Assembly (NCBI GenBank): GCA_016297845.1
Contig: JAEDFV010000003.1
Span: forward strand, 4,062 to 68,061
Direction: 5' to 3'
DNA length: 64,000 nucleotides
DNA from: Clostridia bacterium
GTDB lineage: Bacteria > Bacillota > Clostridia > Christensenellales > UBA1242
The first letter of the stretch is position 1. Each line of letters starts with the position of its first letter. The notes beneath the pieces are model-generated. The model saw nothing but the letters and a program-made list of their open reading frames with translations, made no database searches and had not been told where the DNA came from. Positions 9,720 to 17,849 of the stretch are shown in pieces. The position numbers and the translations under genes were made by a program.

Positions 9720-9851
9720 TTTTTTCCTCCTTGTTTTTAGTCTTCCCCGCGCCGTCTTTTACTCCGCAAACAACCAAATTATGAGAGTCAACTTGGCAAC
9801 GGCCTGCGAATAGGTCGCGAGTGATTATTTGTCAATGAACTGACGAAAAAG
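9720..9851 (-). promoter_or_regulatory. Candidate structured 5' UTR (leader) of rpsB-tsf
   Basis: About 130 nt lie between the predicted promoter and the rpsB SD, forming a locally GC-rich island in an AT-rich genome. Nested helices and a possible pseudoknot can be drawn by hand (see findings). Confidence 0.35.
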
Positions 9852-9880
9852 AATATATCACATAAAAAAATAAAATGCAA
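9852..9880 (-). promoter_or_regulatory. Candidate rpsB promoter (TTGCAT-17-TATATT, TG-extended)
   Basis: Minus strand TTGCAT (9880-9875), 17-nt spacer ending in TGA, TATATT (9857-9852). Confidence 0.5.
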
Positions 9881-9893
9881 GCATTTGCATTTT
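9862..9893 (-). terminator. Intrinsic terminator after the 119-aa gene
   Basis: A 9-bp stem AAAATGCAA/TTGCATTTT (9872-9880/9885-9893), then a T run on the minus strand. Confidence 0.65.
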
Positions 9894-9909
9894 ATTTCTA
9901 CAATAATTT

Positions 9910-10269
9910 TTAAAGTTGAAAATCTTTGTTTTCTTCTTTGAATTTTTTCAGTTCATTTTTATATTTTTCACCAAACTTATTTGCCATAAAATTTTGCCAA
10001 GCAGTGTTTAAGATATTGCGATTTTTTGTTGCAAAAAAGTCTTCATGAACGAGATTAAAATCTCCAAAGAATAATGTATGTATTGAATGTTCACCATGTT
10101 TGTTTATTCTAATTTTAATAAAAGCATTATCATTGCTTTCCAATTTGTCACAAGATGTTGGATAATAACCTGGGATACTGAAATTATATGGGATTTCTTC
10201 AATATCAAGTTTCCTTACAAAATCTCCGCTTTTGTAACATTCTTTTATATCAGATTTTCTTGTTCGCAT
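9910..10269 (-). CDS. Hypothetical protein (119 aa), second gene of a two-gene cassette
   Basis: SD GGGGGAA precedes the ATG. The start lies 25 nt inside the upstream ORF, suggesting translational coupling. I recognise no family. Confidence 0.65.
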   Translation of the reverse strand: MRTRKSDIKECYKSGDFVRKLDIEEIPYNFSIPGYYPTSCDKLESNDNAFIKIRINKHGEHSIHTLFFGDFNLVHEDFFATKNRNILNTAWQNFMANKFGEKYKNELKKFKEENKDFQL

Positions 10270-10967
10270 AATTCCCCCTTTTTTGCGTTTCCTTCCATTT
10301 CTAAAAGAGTCTTCTTACAATCATTATATTCCTTTAGCGCGTCAATATAATCGTTTCCAATAACTTTTTTATAAAGTTCATGAACCGCTTCCTTGCAAAA
10401 TTGTTCTGGTTGAGCGCCTCTGAAAATGTGTTTTACTGCCTTTGTTGTAAATGCAGTGCTAAAAGCTCCAGAATTGCAAAAAGAACCACTTGAAACAGGA
10501 ATATTAATTCCGCTTTCGTCAATTATAATTTCGCCAATTTCAAGTCCTTTTGCAAGCCTTGTAGAAACATATTCGTTAAGCATTTCTTTGCATTTGTTTT
10601 TATTCTCTTCATTGAATGAATCAAACTTTTTGTAAAATTTTTTATAAGTCTCTTGGTCAAGTTTTTCTGCTTCTTTTTTCTTTGCATCATATTGTTCTTT
10701 CTTTTCTGCATAATCTTCAAAGATTAAACTTAAAATTTCTGAACATTTCTTTTCATAATCATTTGTTAAATTTTCATCTCTCAAATTTGACATTTCCACA
10801 TGGAAATCAAAAATTTTAAATCTGCAAGTTGATGAAACTTCGATGTATGGCAAGCCATTTTTTATTTCAACATGTACATGAAATCCATCATAAAATTTTT
10901 CTTGAATTTTGGATTTAAATGTATTGAAATCCTTCCCCGATGATTTAATCCTATCTATAAATGTCAT
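10245..10967 (-). CDS. Hypothetical protein (241 aa) with a central Lys/Glu-rich coiled-coil-like linker
   Basis: I prefer the start at the internal ATG 10967 (SD GGGAGGAAG 4 nt upstream) over the track start at 11021. I recognise no family. Confidence 0.65.
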   Translation of the reverse strand: MTFIDRIKSSGKDFNTFKSKIQEKFYDGFHVHVEIKNGLPYIEVSSTCRFKIFDFHVEMSNLRDENLTNDYEKKCSEILSLIFEDYAEKKEQYDAKKKEAEKLDQETYKKFYKKFDSFNEENKNKCKEMLNEYVSTRLAKGLEIGEIIIDESGINIPVSSGSFCNSGAFSTAFTTKAVKHIFRGAQPEQFCKEAVHELYKKVIGNDYIDALKEYNDCKKTLLEMEGNAKKGELCEQENLI

Positions 10968-10992
10968 ATACTTCCTCCCTTGTATTAACCTT

Positions 10993-11021
10993 ATGATATC
11001 AGCAAAGTGCAAAAGAGTCAA
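10993..11021 (-). promoter_or_regulatory. Candidate promoter of the two-gene cassette (TTGACT-17-TATCAT)
   Basis: Minus strand TTGACT (11021-11016), 17-nt spacer, TATCAT (10998-10993), directly after the trmN6-like stop codon. Confidence 0.5.
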
Positions 11022-11023
11022 TA

Positions 11024-11761
11024 CTAAATTTTTCTATAGAGATTTTGAATAGTATATATATAATTTCCATCTTTGTCATTTGTTATAAGTGTTGGAAGAA
11101 CATTAACCTGTTCTTTCCCACCTTTAACCGCCTCAATCAAGACCAGCACAGGATTTTTTGTCGGAGACGGCGAAGTGAAAAACATCGTTTTGGGTTCCAA
11201 ATTGTTTTGTTTCAATTTATAAATCAGTTCGGCAGTTCGCGTTGCGTCATAAACAAGGAAAAATTTCCCGCCAAATTTCAACAAATTCTTCGCACACAAA
11301 ACAAGTTCATCAAGAGTTAACATGACTTCATGTTTTGATATTGCTTCTTCTTCACGAATTGAAACTAAACTTTTTTGATTAACTTTTCTATATGGTGGAT
11401 TTGATACAACGACATCGAAACTTTCTCTTTTTACGAATTTTTCAAAATCTTGAATCGGTGCATTAATTATTTCAATTTTTTCATTTAACAAATTTAACTC
11501 TACGTTTCTTTGTGCAAGCTCTGCCGTTTCTTTTTGAACTTCAAAAGCATATATTTTTTCTGGATTTTGTTTTATAGTAAGCAAAATAGAAATCACTCCC
11601 GTTCCGGTGCCTATTTCGCAAACTTTGTCAGTTCTCTTGGCAGAAACAAAATTTGCAAGAATGGCTGAATCGCTTGTGAAACAATATTTCGTTTTATCTT
11701 GAATTATTTTTAATCCGCCAACTTGAAGGTCATCAAGTCTTTCATTTTCCTTTAGGTTCAT
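11024..11761 (-). CDS. tRNA (adenine-N6)-methyltransferase, TrmN6/YabB-like class I SAM methyltransferase
   Basis: SNPPY (NPPY) N6-adenine methyltransferase motif, VCEIGTGTGVISI SAM-binding motif, and the LKIIQDKTKYCFTSDSAILANF N-terminus typical of the YfiC/YabB family. Start at ATG 11761 with AAGGAG upstream, overlapping ricT by 20 nt. Confidence 0.8.
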   Translation of the reverse strand: MNLKENERLDDLQVGGLKIIQDKTKYCFTSDSAILANFVSAKRTDKVCEIGTGTGVISILLTIKQNPEKIYAFEVQKETAELAQRNVELNLLNEKIEIINAPIQDFEKFVKRESFDVVVSNPPYRKVNQKSLVSIREEEAISKHEVMLTLDELVLCAKNLLKFGGKFFLVYDATRTAELIYKLKQNNLEPKTMFFTSPSPTKNPVLVLIEAVKGGKEQVNVLPTLITNDKDGNYIYTIQNLYRKI

Positions 11762-12608
11762 TATTCTCCTTAGTTTGTTTAATTTCTGACAAATCAAAAT
11801 TTTTTATTTCATAACTTGTTTCATCTCCAAGTTTAACTTGAACAACTCGTTTTAACAAATCATTATAAACCACTTTGCCAAGTCCATTTGGTGTTTGGAC
11901 AATACTATTAATTTTCGGCATTAACTTGTTTGTTTCCGCATAATGTTCATTTTCATAACCAAGACAACATAAAAGTCTCCCACAAAGTCCACTTATTTTT
12001 TGAGGATTGAGAGAAAGGTTTTGATTTTTCGCCATTTTTATTGAAACATGCTCAAAATCATTCAAAAATTGTTTGCAACAACATTCTTTTCCGCAAGGTC
12101 CAAAACCTCCCATGGCACGAGTTTCATCTCTTGAGCCAATTTGTCGTAGTTCAATTCTTGTTTTGAAAATTCCGGCAAGGTCTTTCACAAGGTCTCTAAA
12201 ATCCACTCTGTTTTCAGACGTGAAAAAAATTGAAACCTTGCTCTTATCAAGAGTGACCTTAATATCACTTATTTTCATTTCAAGGTCATATTTTTTTATG
12301 AGCTTTTTTGTTTCTTGTTTTACTTTCTCAGCAAAATCCTTGTTTTCGTTATTTGTTTCAATCTCTTTTTTTGTTGCCAATTTAACAAACTTAAAGTTTT
12401 CTTTTTCTTCTTCCTTAATTGCTTCTTCTTTGAAGGAAACATCGTGACTACTTTCATCTTCAAAAGAATTGCAAATTGTCTTTGCCAATTCAAGACCGCG
12501 AGAAGTTTCAACAATTATATACACTCCGCTTTCAAGATTTTCACCTTTTTCAATCTCTGTTAAATAATTTACAGGGCTCCCATCTAAAACGACTTTAACT
12601 AATTTCAT
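11742..12608 (-). CDS. ricT: PSP1-domain protein RicT/YaaT
   Basis: 288 aa with the Cys cluster GFGPCGKECCCKQFL...CGRLLCCLGYE characteristic of YaaT/RicT. It lies downstream of holB, as in Bacillus. Confidence 0.9.
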   Translation of the reverse strand: MKLVKVVLDGSPVNYLTEIEKGENLESGVYIIVETSRGLELAKTICNSFEDESSHDVSFKEEAIKEEEKENFKFVKLATKKEIETNNENKDFAEKVKQETKKLIKKYDLEMKISDIKVTLDKSKVSIFFTSENRVDFRDLVKDLAGIFKTRIELRQIGSRDETRAMGGFGPCGKECCCKQFLNDFEHVSIKMAKNQNLSLNPQKISGLCGRLLCCLGYENEHYAETNKLMPKINSIVQTPNGLGKVVYNDLLKRVVQVKLGDETSYEIKNFDLSEIKQTKENNEPKGK

Positions 12609-12616
12609 ATTACTCC

Positions 12617-13564
12617 TTATATTAAGTTATTATTATACTTTATTTCTAATATTTTCATTAATAAATTATCTATAATTAAATTTATTGAAACATTTCTTTC
12701 AATTTCCAAATATGCATTGTTGATGTGTTCAATTATTTCACCATAAGCAAGGCTTTTTTCTAAAGGTGACACAATCAGCTTTTGTCTTAGAACACTTTCC
12801 AAAATTTCTAAGAAACTTCTCAGTTCATCTCTATACACTACAACTTTCGCAGAATATTTTGAAAAATCTTTACTTGAAGAAAAATTTGACACTATTTCAT
12901 CTGCCAGTTTTAATTTATCCAAAAGTGTATTTGAAGAAAGTGCTTCTATTGTTTTGCCAAGCCACCCTTCGCCATATTTCACAGCAGTTTCAATTTCATT
13001 TGCCAAAAATTTCTTATTAAAATCAAAGTATTCTCTGAAAAGTTTCGGTGGATTTGAGATAAACTTTTCAAGTTCATCTTGCACCATTGGACTCAAATGT
13101 TCCTTTTGGGTGCGTGATATAATAGTTTGAAGAACTTTGTTTTCGTTTGTTGCTGTAAGCAAAAAAATTGAATGGCTTTCAGGCTCTTCCAAAGTTTTTA
13201 AGATTTTATTTTGAGCTTGAGTTGTCGCAGTGTCAATATTTTTTAATATAAAAACTTTAACTCTTCCGTTCATAGGAGTTTCATAAGATTTTTCAACAAT
13301 TGTTTCTGCGTCATCGACAACTATATTTTTGCCACTTGGAAAAATTAATAAATCAGGGTTTGTTTTTGCAAAAATTTTTTTGCAATCACCACATTCTCCA
13401 CAAATTTCATTTTTTTCGCATAAAATCTCGCTGGCAAAGGTTAGCGCATGATAAAAATTGTTCAATTCGTCAGGAGACAAGAACAAATAAGCATGAACAA
13501 GTTTTTTGTTTTTAACAATATTTTCCACAAAAAATATAATATCACACTTATCAAATAGTCGCAA
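12617..13564 (-). CDS. holB: DNA polymerase III delta-prime subunit (HolB)
   Basis: HAYLF, Zn-module-like CGECGDCKK, and KILKTLEEPESHSIFLLTA with the SRTQ sensor. The start is uncertain: the track start is TTG and has no well-placed SD. Confidence 0.8.
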   Translation of the reverse strand: MRLFDKCDIIFFVENIVKNKKLVHAYLFLSPDELNNFYHALTFASEILCEKNEICGECGDCKKIFAKTNPDLLIFPSGKNIVVDDAETIVEKSYETPMNGRVKVFILKNIDTATTQAQNKILKTLEEPESHSIFLLTATNENKVLQTIISRTQKEHLSPMVQDELEKFISNPPKLFREYFDFNKKFLANEIETAVKYGEGWLGKTIEALSSNTLLDKLKLADEIVSNFSSSKDFSKYSAKVVVYRDELRSFLEILESVLRQKLIVSPLEKSLAYGEIIEHINNAYLEIERNVSINLIIDNLLMKILEIKYNNNLI

Positions 13565-13640
13565 ATGTTTTAAAAAGCATGATAAAAACTCCCTTAATTT
13601 TCAACATATTTCGACATTTTATAAAAAATGCGTCAATTTC

Positions 13641-13668
13641 TTTACAAATAAGGTTATTTTTTTACAAT
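13641..13668 (+). promoter_or_regulatory. Candidate promoter of the Spo0A-like gene (TTTACA-16-TACAAT)
   Basis: TTTACA 13641-13646, 16-nt spacer, TACAAT 13663-13668. Confidence 0.4.
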
Positions 13669-13733
13669 ATAGTTTGTTTTTTTCAAAAAAAGTGTTAACA
13701 TAATACTCGTGACAAAAAAAAGGAGTTAAAAAA

Positions 13734-14462
13734 ATGACAAAAAATGCAATTTTATTTTCAAAAAAAGATTATTCTCTAGCAGATGGAATTAGATATGTTT
13801 GCAGAGAAAACAAGGTTAATTTAACCTATTGTTTAAACTTCCCTGAAGTTTTACACAACATAATTGATTCAAATCCAGAAATTCTATTCTTTGATTTGGA
13901 AAATATAAACTTTCCAGTATCTACTTATAATGATTTCATAAATACAAAACTTTTTTATATGCCAAAAATAGTTTTATTATCACCTAACCCGGAAAAAGAT
14001 ATTGAATATGAAGGGGCAAACGTCGCAGTTGTTGATAAGAGAAACTTTACAGAAAAAATAGTCGAGATTATGTCCTCTGTTGAAGAAAAATCCGCAAAAC
14101 CTTTACCGAGTGAGCGAATTGAAGAAATCAAAGACAAAACAACAAAAATGCTTTCAGATTTGGGAATTACAACAAAATATTTAGGATATGAATATATACG
14201 TGAACTTGTTATCGATATTATATCAGATAAAAGAATGCTTCAATCTTTTAACAAAAAACTTTATCCTAAGATAGCGATGAAATATAATACACAAGTTAAT
14301 AATGTTGAAAGAAACATTCGAAACGCAATCACAATTGCCTCTCGAAGAAATAAAAACAAAATATTATTTGATGAAATAAGTGGACGTGGTGTTCTTTGTG
14401 GAGCAGGTCCAATTCCAAGCAATAAACAATTTATAACATGGCTTGTTGATAAAGTTTGTTAG
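13734..14462 (+). CDS. Spo0A-family transcriptional regulator: degenerate receiver plus Spo0A_C DNA-binding domain
   Basis: The C-terminal half KYLGYEYIRELV...LYPKIAMKYNTQVNNVERNIRNAITIA...PSNKQFITWLVDKV aligns by eye with B. subtilis Spo0A (HIKGYLYLREAI...[27 protein letters not shown]...PTNSEFIAMVADKL). In the N-terminal half the acidic pair is replaced by KK. Confidence 0.8.
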   Translation: MTKNAILFSKKDYSLADGIRYVCRENKVNLTYCLNFPEVLHNIIDSNPEILFFDLENINFPVSTYNDFINTKLFYMPKIVLLSPNPEKDIEYEGANVAVVDKRNFTEKIVEIMSSVEEKSAKPLPSERIEEIKDKTTKMLSDLGITTKYLGYEYIRELVIDIISDKRMLQSFNKKLYPKIAMKYNTQVNNVERNIRNAITIASRRNKNKILFDEISGRGVLCGAGPIPSNKQFITWLVDKVC

Positions 14463-14490
14463 AAGATTAGGTTTACCTAATCTTTTTTTA
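14463..14490 (+). terminator. Intrinsic terminator after the Spo0A-like gene
   Basis: Stem AAGATTAGG/CCTAATCTT (14463-14471/14476-14484), loop TTTA, then a T run. Confidence 0.7.
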
Positions 14491-15276
14491 TGAAATTTTG
14501 TAAATTTTTCCTGGCATAGTTGACGCTACATCAACATTTATGTCCTGTCCAACAAAAATTCCATTTTCTTTCAAAATTTCCTTAATTGTTTCATATGCAA
14601 GAATTGGATTGTTATTTTCTTTAGAAAGGTGAGACAAAACAACTTGCCTTGTCCCCTGTTTTGCAAGTTTCGAGATTGCGTTGGCACTTGCAACATTTGA
14701 CAAATGTCCCCTTGAAGACAAAATTCTTTGCTTTAAACTTGCTGGATAATGGATATTGTTTTGAAGCATATTTACATCGTGATTTGACTCCAAATATACA
14801 AGTTGACTTCCATATAAATTTTTTAGAGTGTTCTCTGACACAACTCCTAAATCCGTGCAAATTGAAACACGTTTTCCCTGCGATTCAATATTATATCCCA
14901 CACAACAAACTGAATCATGAGGCACTTTGAACGCAACAACAGCCATGTCTTTTATTTGGAACGGCGCATTCGTAAACAATCGTTTTTGTGAATCTTGAAC
15001 TTTAAAGAGTTTTTTTGAAAGAGCACCCCAGCCATCAACGTGACAATAGACGTTTGTTTTATATTTGCTAGCAAAAACATCAACACCTTTTATATGATCT
15101 GAATGTTCATGAGAAATTAAAATTGCATCAATTTCATCTCCCTTCACGTTAAGAAGCGACAAACGAAGTTCAATTTCTTTACATGAAAGACCTGCGTCAA
15201 CCAATATTTTTGATTGCTCGCTTTCAACATATGTCAAATTTCCTTCGCTTCCAGAAGATAAATTCACAACTCTCAT
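14488..15276 (-). CDS. MBL-fold metallo-hydrolase (YycJ/WalJ-like)
   Basis: 262 aa with the HEHSDH zinc motif and the N-terminus VNLSSGSEGNLTYVE...ILVDAGLS typical of the YycJ-like beta-lactamase fold. Confidence 0.85.
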   Translation of the reverse strand: MRVVNLSSGSEGNLTYVESEQSKILVDAGLSCKEIELRLSLLNVKGDEIDAILISHEHSDHIKGVDVFASKYKTNVYCHVDGWGALSKKLFKVQDSQKRLFTNAPFQIKDMAVVAFKVPHDSVCCVGYNIESQGKRVSICTDLGVVSENTLKNLYGSQLVYLESNHDVNMLQNNIHYPASLKQRILSSRGHLSNVASANAISKLAKQGTRQVVLSHLSKENNNPILAYETIKEILKENGIFVGQDINVDVASTMPGKIYKIS

Positions 15277-15289
15277 AGAGTGAATTATA

Positions 15290-16003
15290 TCAATTTCCCT
15301 TTCCTAAATCAAGTTGTTTTTGCTTTTTATAATGAACATCAAATTTTTTTGTTTTGGAATCGTAAAATGCAACAAGAATGTTTTTTAAGTCTTTTTTCTT
15401 TTTTATATTTAAATTCTCAAACAGCCATTTTTCATCTTTCCCAAGTTCATTCAAATAGTTTTTGTCAACTGTTCCATCATTTATAACAAATTTTTGTAAA
15501 CTTACTTTTGGAACTGAAATATTAAAATCTCCAACAACTGTTGGCTTTTTCTCTGAAACGGGAAGCACACTAAGTTCTCCATTTGTTTCAAAAATTGCAA
15601 ATGCAACATCACTGAGATTAAAAATACCTTTTTCCCTACAAAGACTTATAAGGTCATTTACATCAAGTTTGGATTTCTTAAGTTGTTTGTAAATTATCTT
15701 TCCATTAGAGATAATTATAATAGGCTTGCCACGTAAAAATCTTTTCAATGGAAGAGTTGTCCTTTCCAAAATCGTTATCAAATAACTTATTAAAAAATAA
15801 AATCCAATTGCAATTACATAATAGTACCATGGATTAACAACATCTGTTGACCATTCTGCAGCAATGGAACCAATTGAAATTCCAACAACATAGTCAGTGA
15901 AACTCAATTGTGCAATTTGTTTCTTGCCAAGAAATTTTGTTACAATAAATAACGCAACAAAACTATACAAAGCATTCAATAACACGGAAACGGCATTTGG
16001 CAT
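15290..16003 (-). CDS. DUF421 (YetF-like) membrane protein
   Basis: GKKQIAQLSFTDYVVGISIGSIAA and three N-terminal TM segments, as in the YetF/DUF421 family. Confidence 0.8.
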   Translation of the reverse strand: MPNAVSVLLNALYSFVALFIVTKFLGKKQIAQLSFTDYVVGISIGSIAAEWSTDVVNPWYYYVIAIGFYFLISYLITILERTTLPLKRFLRGKPIIIISNGKIIYKQLKKSKLDVNDLISLCREKGIFNLSDVAFAIFETNGELSVLPVSEKKPTVVGDFNISVPKVSLQKFVINDGTVDKNYLNELGKDEKWLFENLNIKKKKDLKNILVAFYDSKTKKFDVHYKKQKQLDLGKGN

Positions 16004-16048
16004 AAATCTTTATCAATTCTTAACAATTAAAAATAATTAATACTTTTG

Positions 16049-16077
16049 TTGACAAAAAAATCCAATAATCTTATTAT
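16049..16077 (+). promoter_or_regulatory. Promoter of rsmI with leaderless geometry (TTGACA-17-TATTAT, 6 nt, ATG)
   Basis: TTGACA 16049-16054, 17-nt spacer, TATTAT 16072-16077, then AAGAAC and the rsmI ATG at 16084. There is no SD. Confidence 0.5.
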
Positions 16078-16083
16078 AAGAAC

Positions 16084-16911
16084 ATGATTTATTTTGTTGC
16101 TACACCAATCGGAAATTTGGAAGACATAACTCTTCGTGCTCTAAACATTCTTAAAAATGCAGATATAATAGCATGTGAAGACACAAGAACAAGCATGAAA
16201 TTATTATCGAAATTTGACATTAAGCCAAAACTTTTTTCATTTCACAAATTTAATGAGAATGAAATGTCTGAGAAGATTATTAGGGAAAATGAAAACGGAA
16301 AAAACATTGCAATAATATCCGATGCTGGCATGCCAGTTATCTCTGACCCAGGCAATAATTTAACAAAAACACTTCGTGAACGAAACATTAATTTTACAAT
16401 AATCCCAGGTGCAAATGCCGGACTTTGCGCTCTTGTTTTAAGCGGACTTGACGCATCATCTTTCTTTTTCTACGGGTTTCTCCCTGAAAAAAATGTAGAC
16501 AGAAAAAAAGCACTTGCGGAACTTTCGCTCATTGACGCAACAACGATTTTTTACATCGCGCCTCATAATCTCGAAAAAGACATATCTGATATCTATTCGT
16601 TTTTCGGGAATAGAAAGGTTTCATTAGTAAAAGAAATAACAAAAATTCATGAAACAGTTTATAATTTCAATCTTGGCGATAAATTATGTTTTGAAAAGGA
16701 AGGCGACGGAAAATATATTGACCCAAAAGGCGAATTTGTCATGGTGGTTTCCAAAGCTGAAAAATCTAACAGCGAAAATGAAATGTCAATTCCTGAACAT
16801 GTAAAATTTTTTATAAATCTTGGTTTTTCAAAAAATGACGCTATAAAAAAAGTCGCAAAAGAAAAAGGCGTTTCAAAAAGTGTTATTTATAAAGAAGTAT
16901 TAAACATATAA
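16084..16911 (+). CDS. rsmI: 16S rRNA (cytidine1402-2'-O)-methyltransferase RsmI
   Basis: MIYFVATPIGNLEDITLRALNILKNADIIACEDTR is the canonical RsmI N-terminus. Confidence 0.95.
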   Translation: MIYFVATPIGNLEDITLRALNILKNADIIACEDTRTSMKLLSKFDIKPKLFSFHKFNENEMSEKIIRENENGKNIAIISDAGMPVISDPGNNLTKTLRERNINFTIIPGANAGLCALVLSGLDASSFFFYGFLPEKNVDRKKALAELSLIDATTIFYIAPHNLEKDISDIYSFFGNRKVSLVKEITKIHETVYNFNLGDKLCFEKEGDGKYIDPKGEFVMVVSKAEKSNSENEMSIPEHVKFFINLGFSKNDAIKKVAKEKGVSKSVIYKEVLNI

Positions 16912-16934
16912 AATTTTCTTTCATATAATTTACA

Positions 16935-17849
16935 ATGAAATATGAAAGATTTTTATCAGATTTAAATAAAAATGGCGAAACAGTTCAATATTGTGTGGAT
17001 TTAAAACAACTCAATTCTTTTGGCATTGGCGGAAAAACAAAATATCTTGTTGTTGCCAATAAAGCAAAAACTATCAAAGAAATTGCAAAGTACACAAAAT
17101 TGTTTTACATAGTTGGAAATGGAACAAATATAGTTTTCCCAGACAAACTCTACAAAGGAACAATAATTAAACTTGGGAAAAGTTTTTCAACAATAAAAGT
17201 CAAAAATAACAAAGTCGTTGCCGGAGCAAGCACAAATCTTTTTGCCCTTAACAATTTTTTGAAAGACAATGAACTTTCTGGACTTGAATTTACTTTTGGA
17301 ATTCCAGGAAGTGTTGGAGGCGCTGTCTTTATGAACGCAGGAGCGTTCGGTGACGAAATTGGGAATTATGTTACAAGGGTAAAAATATTTGACGGAGAAA
17401 AAATTTATTGGACCAAAAATTTCACTTTTTCTTATCGCAACAGCACATTCAAACAAAAAAAATACGTTATCCTTTTTGTTGAGTTAACTCTTTCAAAAGG
17501 CAGGAAAGAAGAAATTGAAAAAAAGCAAAAAGAATTTCTTGAAAAACGAAAAACAACTCAACCATATGGCGAAAAATCTGCCGGAAGCGTGTTCAAAAGA
17601 ATTGAAAAAAATGGTAAAACTTTTTTCCCTGCAAAAATTATTGACAAACTGGGTCTAAAAGGTGTTAAAATAGGAAGTGCAGAGATAAGTACAAAACATG
17701 CGGGATTTATTGTTAACAAAAACTCCGCAACACAAAAAGATGTTAAAAAACTGATTAAGAAAGTAAAAAACAAAATAAAAAGAGAAACAGGTTTTAAACT
17801 TGAAGAAGAAATAATTTTATTAAAAGGAGACACAAAATGGTTGTCTTAG
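16935..17849 (+). CDS. murB: UDP-N-acetylenolpyruvoylglucosamine reductase MurB
   Basis: 304 aa with an FAD-binding N-terminal domain (FGIGGKTKYLV..GNGTNIVF), GIPGSVGGAVFMNAGAFG and SAGSVFK. Confidence 0.9.
   Translation: MKYERFLSDLNKNGETVQYCVDLKQLNSFGIGGKTKYLVVANKAKTIKEIAKYTKLFYIVGNGTNIVFPDKLYKGTIIKLGKSFSTIKVKNNKVVAGASTNLFALNNFLKDNELSGLEFTFGIPGSVGGAVFMNAGAFGDEIGNYVTRVKIFDGEKIYWTKNFTFSYRNSTFKQKKYVILFVELTLSKGRKEEIEKKQKEFLEKRKTTQPYGEKSAGSVFKRIEKNGKTFFPAKIIDKLGLKGVKIGSAEISTKHAGFIVNKNSATQKDVKKLIKKVKNKIKRETGFKLEEEIILLKGDTKWLS

Noticed and set aside
13565-13600. 9-codon upstream ORF (ATGCTTTTTAAAACATTTGCGACTATTTGA) with a GGGAG SD, overlapping the TTG start of holB
   Set aside because: It could indicate translational coupling, but it is very short and out of frame, and the true holB start is itself uncertain. 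I cannot support it as a feature.
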